From assembly GCA_963722255.1 (NCBI GenBank), contig CAVRJO010000001.1:704001-768000 (forward strand): a stretch of DNA of 64,000 nt, in the 5' to 3' direction. This stretch comes from Candidatus Babeliales bacterium (GTDB taxonomy: Bacteria; Babelota; Babeliae; Babelales; JANWKD01). A program made the translations under genes and the position numbers. The notes below the pieces were generated by a model. That model did not search any database. It had not been told where the DNA came from and saw only the letters and a program-made list of their open reading frames with translations. Shown in pieces: positions 62,459-64,000 of this stretch. Each line of letters opens with the position of its first letter. The first letter of the stretch is position 1.

Positions 62459-63697
62459 ATGTTTTTTACAAGAAATATAACCAAAAAATTAGAAAAGGCC
62501 GTTTCTCGTAGTCCGGTTGTTTTACTTACCGGGGCCCGGCAAACAGGGAAAACAACTCTCGTAAAACACCTTGGCACAATAAAAAACTATTCCTATGTTA
62601 CTTTTGATGATCTACGTTTTTTAGCTGCTGCAAAAAATGACCCAATTGGGTTCATACAAGGAGTTGAAAAACCTGTTATCCTTGATGAAGTTCAACGCGT
62701 ACCTGAAATTTTTTTAGCAATTAAGCACGATGTAGACGAAAGCCGCATCCCCGGTCGTTTTATTTTAACCGGATCTGCCAACCCCTTACTTATTCCTCGA
62801 TTAGGTGACTCTCTAGCCGGACGTATTGAAATTCTTGAACTACTTCCTCTTTCGCAAGGTGAACTTTTGGGAATACAAGAGAAGTTCCTTGATTGCGCAT
62901 TTAATAAAAATTGTTCATTTGCAGTAAGCCAAAAAGAGTTCTCGAAAGCAGAATTATATCAAACAATTATTCGAGGTGGTTACCCTCTTGTACAAAATTA
63001 TGATGATGAAGGTCGCGAAGAATGGTTTAACTCATACATCACAATGATCTTACAAAGAGACGTACAAGATCTTGCTGCTATATCAGCCATATCAGAGATG
63101 CCACATCTCTTACGGTTACTTGCGAGTCGAGTTGGCAATTTACTCAATGTCGCTGAACTTGGCAGAACAACTGGCATTGCATCAACAACGCTTCACCGAT
63201 ATATGACTCTTTTGGAAACTGTATTTTTGGTTGTTTTTCAACCGGCGTGGCATTCAAACTTAGGAAAAAGGCTTACAAAATCACCCAAAACATATTTAGT
63301 CGATACCGGACTTCTTTCATTTCTTTTAGATATACGAATTGAAAAAGCATTATCAGACTACCGTTTTATTGGAAGCGTTCTTGAAAATTTTGTGTTTAAT
63401 GAACTACAAAAACAAGCAACATGGAATAGCACACGAATAAAATTATATCATTATAGAACTATCACCGGTATAGAAGTTGGTATTGTTTTAGAAAATCAAG
63501 CAGGCAACATTGTCGGCATAGAAGTTAAAAATAGCGAAACGGTAAATTCGCAAGATTTTAAAGGATTGTCCTTCTTAAAAGAAGAATCGGGAGAATCATT
63601 TATCAAAGGAATTCTTCTTTATAATGGCTCTCAAATTATTCCTTTTGGAAAAGATCTTTATGCTGTACCAATACATGCACTGTGGACATCGCAATAA
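62459..63697 (+). CDS. AAA_14 ATPase with DUF4143 domain
   Basis: GARQTGKT, LDEVQ, LTGSA, SLAGR, GGYP, KSPKTYLVDTG, IEVK. Confidence 0.92.
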   Translation: MFFTRNITKKLEKAVSRSPVVLLTGARQTGKTTLVKHLGTIKNYSYVTFDDLRFLAAAKNDPIGFIQGVEKPVILDEVQRVPEIFLAIKHDVDESRIPGRFILTGSANPLLIPRLGDSLAGRIEILELLPLSQGELLGIQEKFLDCAFNKNCSFAVSQKEFSKAELYQTIIRGGYPLVQNYDDEGREEWFNSYITMILQRDVQDLAAISAISEMPHLLRLLASRVGNLLNVAELGRTTGIASTTLHRYMTLLETVFLVVFQPAWHSNLGKRLTKSPKTYLVDTGLLSFLLDIRIEKALSDYRFIGSVLENFVFNELQKQATWNSTRIKLYHYRTITGIEVGIVLENQAGNIVGIEVKNSETVNSQDFKGLSFLKEESGESFIKGILLYNGSQIIPFGKDLYAVPIHALWTSQ

Positions 63698-63715
63698 AAA
63701 AATTAATCCTACATT

Positions 63716-64000
63716 TTACTTAGAATACGGTGATATTGCAGTTTGACAGGCTTTAAGCAATGCATGATATATCTTTTTAAGCTGTAGATCTTGCTGATAT
63801 TTTTCATTGCCATATTCACGGGCAAGAATTATAGGATCAGTGAAACTAAGCCAAACCTTGCCTTCATTATCTTGAGTTGCCATAACTCTCAATGGTAGGT
63901 CCAATGCCATTTCAGGTGTTTGTTGCATTAAAGCAGTCCCTTGTGCAGGGTTGCCCAAAACGAGCACCTGCGTTGGTAGTAATTTTTGATTAACCTTTGC
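63716..64000 (-). CDS. DUF302 family protein (partial)
   Basis: VLVLGNPAQGTALMQ..P..ALDLPLRV; frame open to the window end. Confidence 0.85.
   Translation of the reverse strand, partial: AKVNQKLLPTQVLVLGNPAQGTALMQQTPEMALDLPLRVMATQDNEGKVWLSFTDPIILAREYGNEKYQQDLQLKKIYHALLKACQTAISPYSK

Overview
AT-rich bacterial chromosome segment. Its gene content points to an intracellular parasite of protists, most likely Dependentiae (TM6/Babeliae); this assignment is inferred, not searched. Core genes: a type II secretion pseudopilin/GspF cluster with mlaD, alaS, murE, an alanine/glycine symporter, ruvX, tsaB, rpsA, two ndk, murI and an Fe/Mn SOD. Between them lie about 20 signal-peptide proteins with eukaryote-like features (ankyrin, Skp1/BTB plus beta-propeller, C2H2 zinc finger, CaaX boxes, a possible mitochondrial presequence). 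Mobile DNA: two IS200 copies, an IS1202-family element with a 17-bp target duplication that splits a polymorphic toxin, an IS5 remnant, an ISAs1-like MITE, and a family of GTCAT...CCAG / CTGG...ATGAC palindromic elements. One member of that family encloses an intact GIY-YIG nuclease gene and is the best candidate for an undescribed mobile system. A second notable pattern is the Met-[E/D/Q/N] start predicted for most mature secreted proteins. Frameshifts in alaS, the HerA-like gene and rpsA are probably consensus errors.
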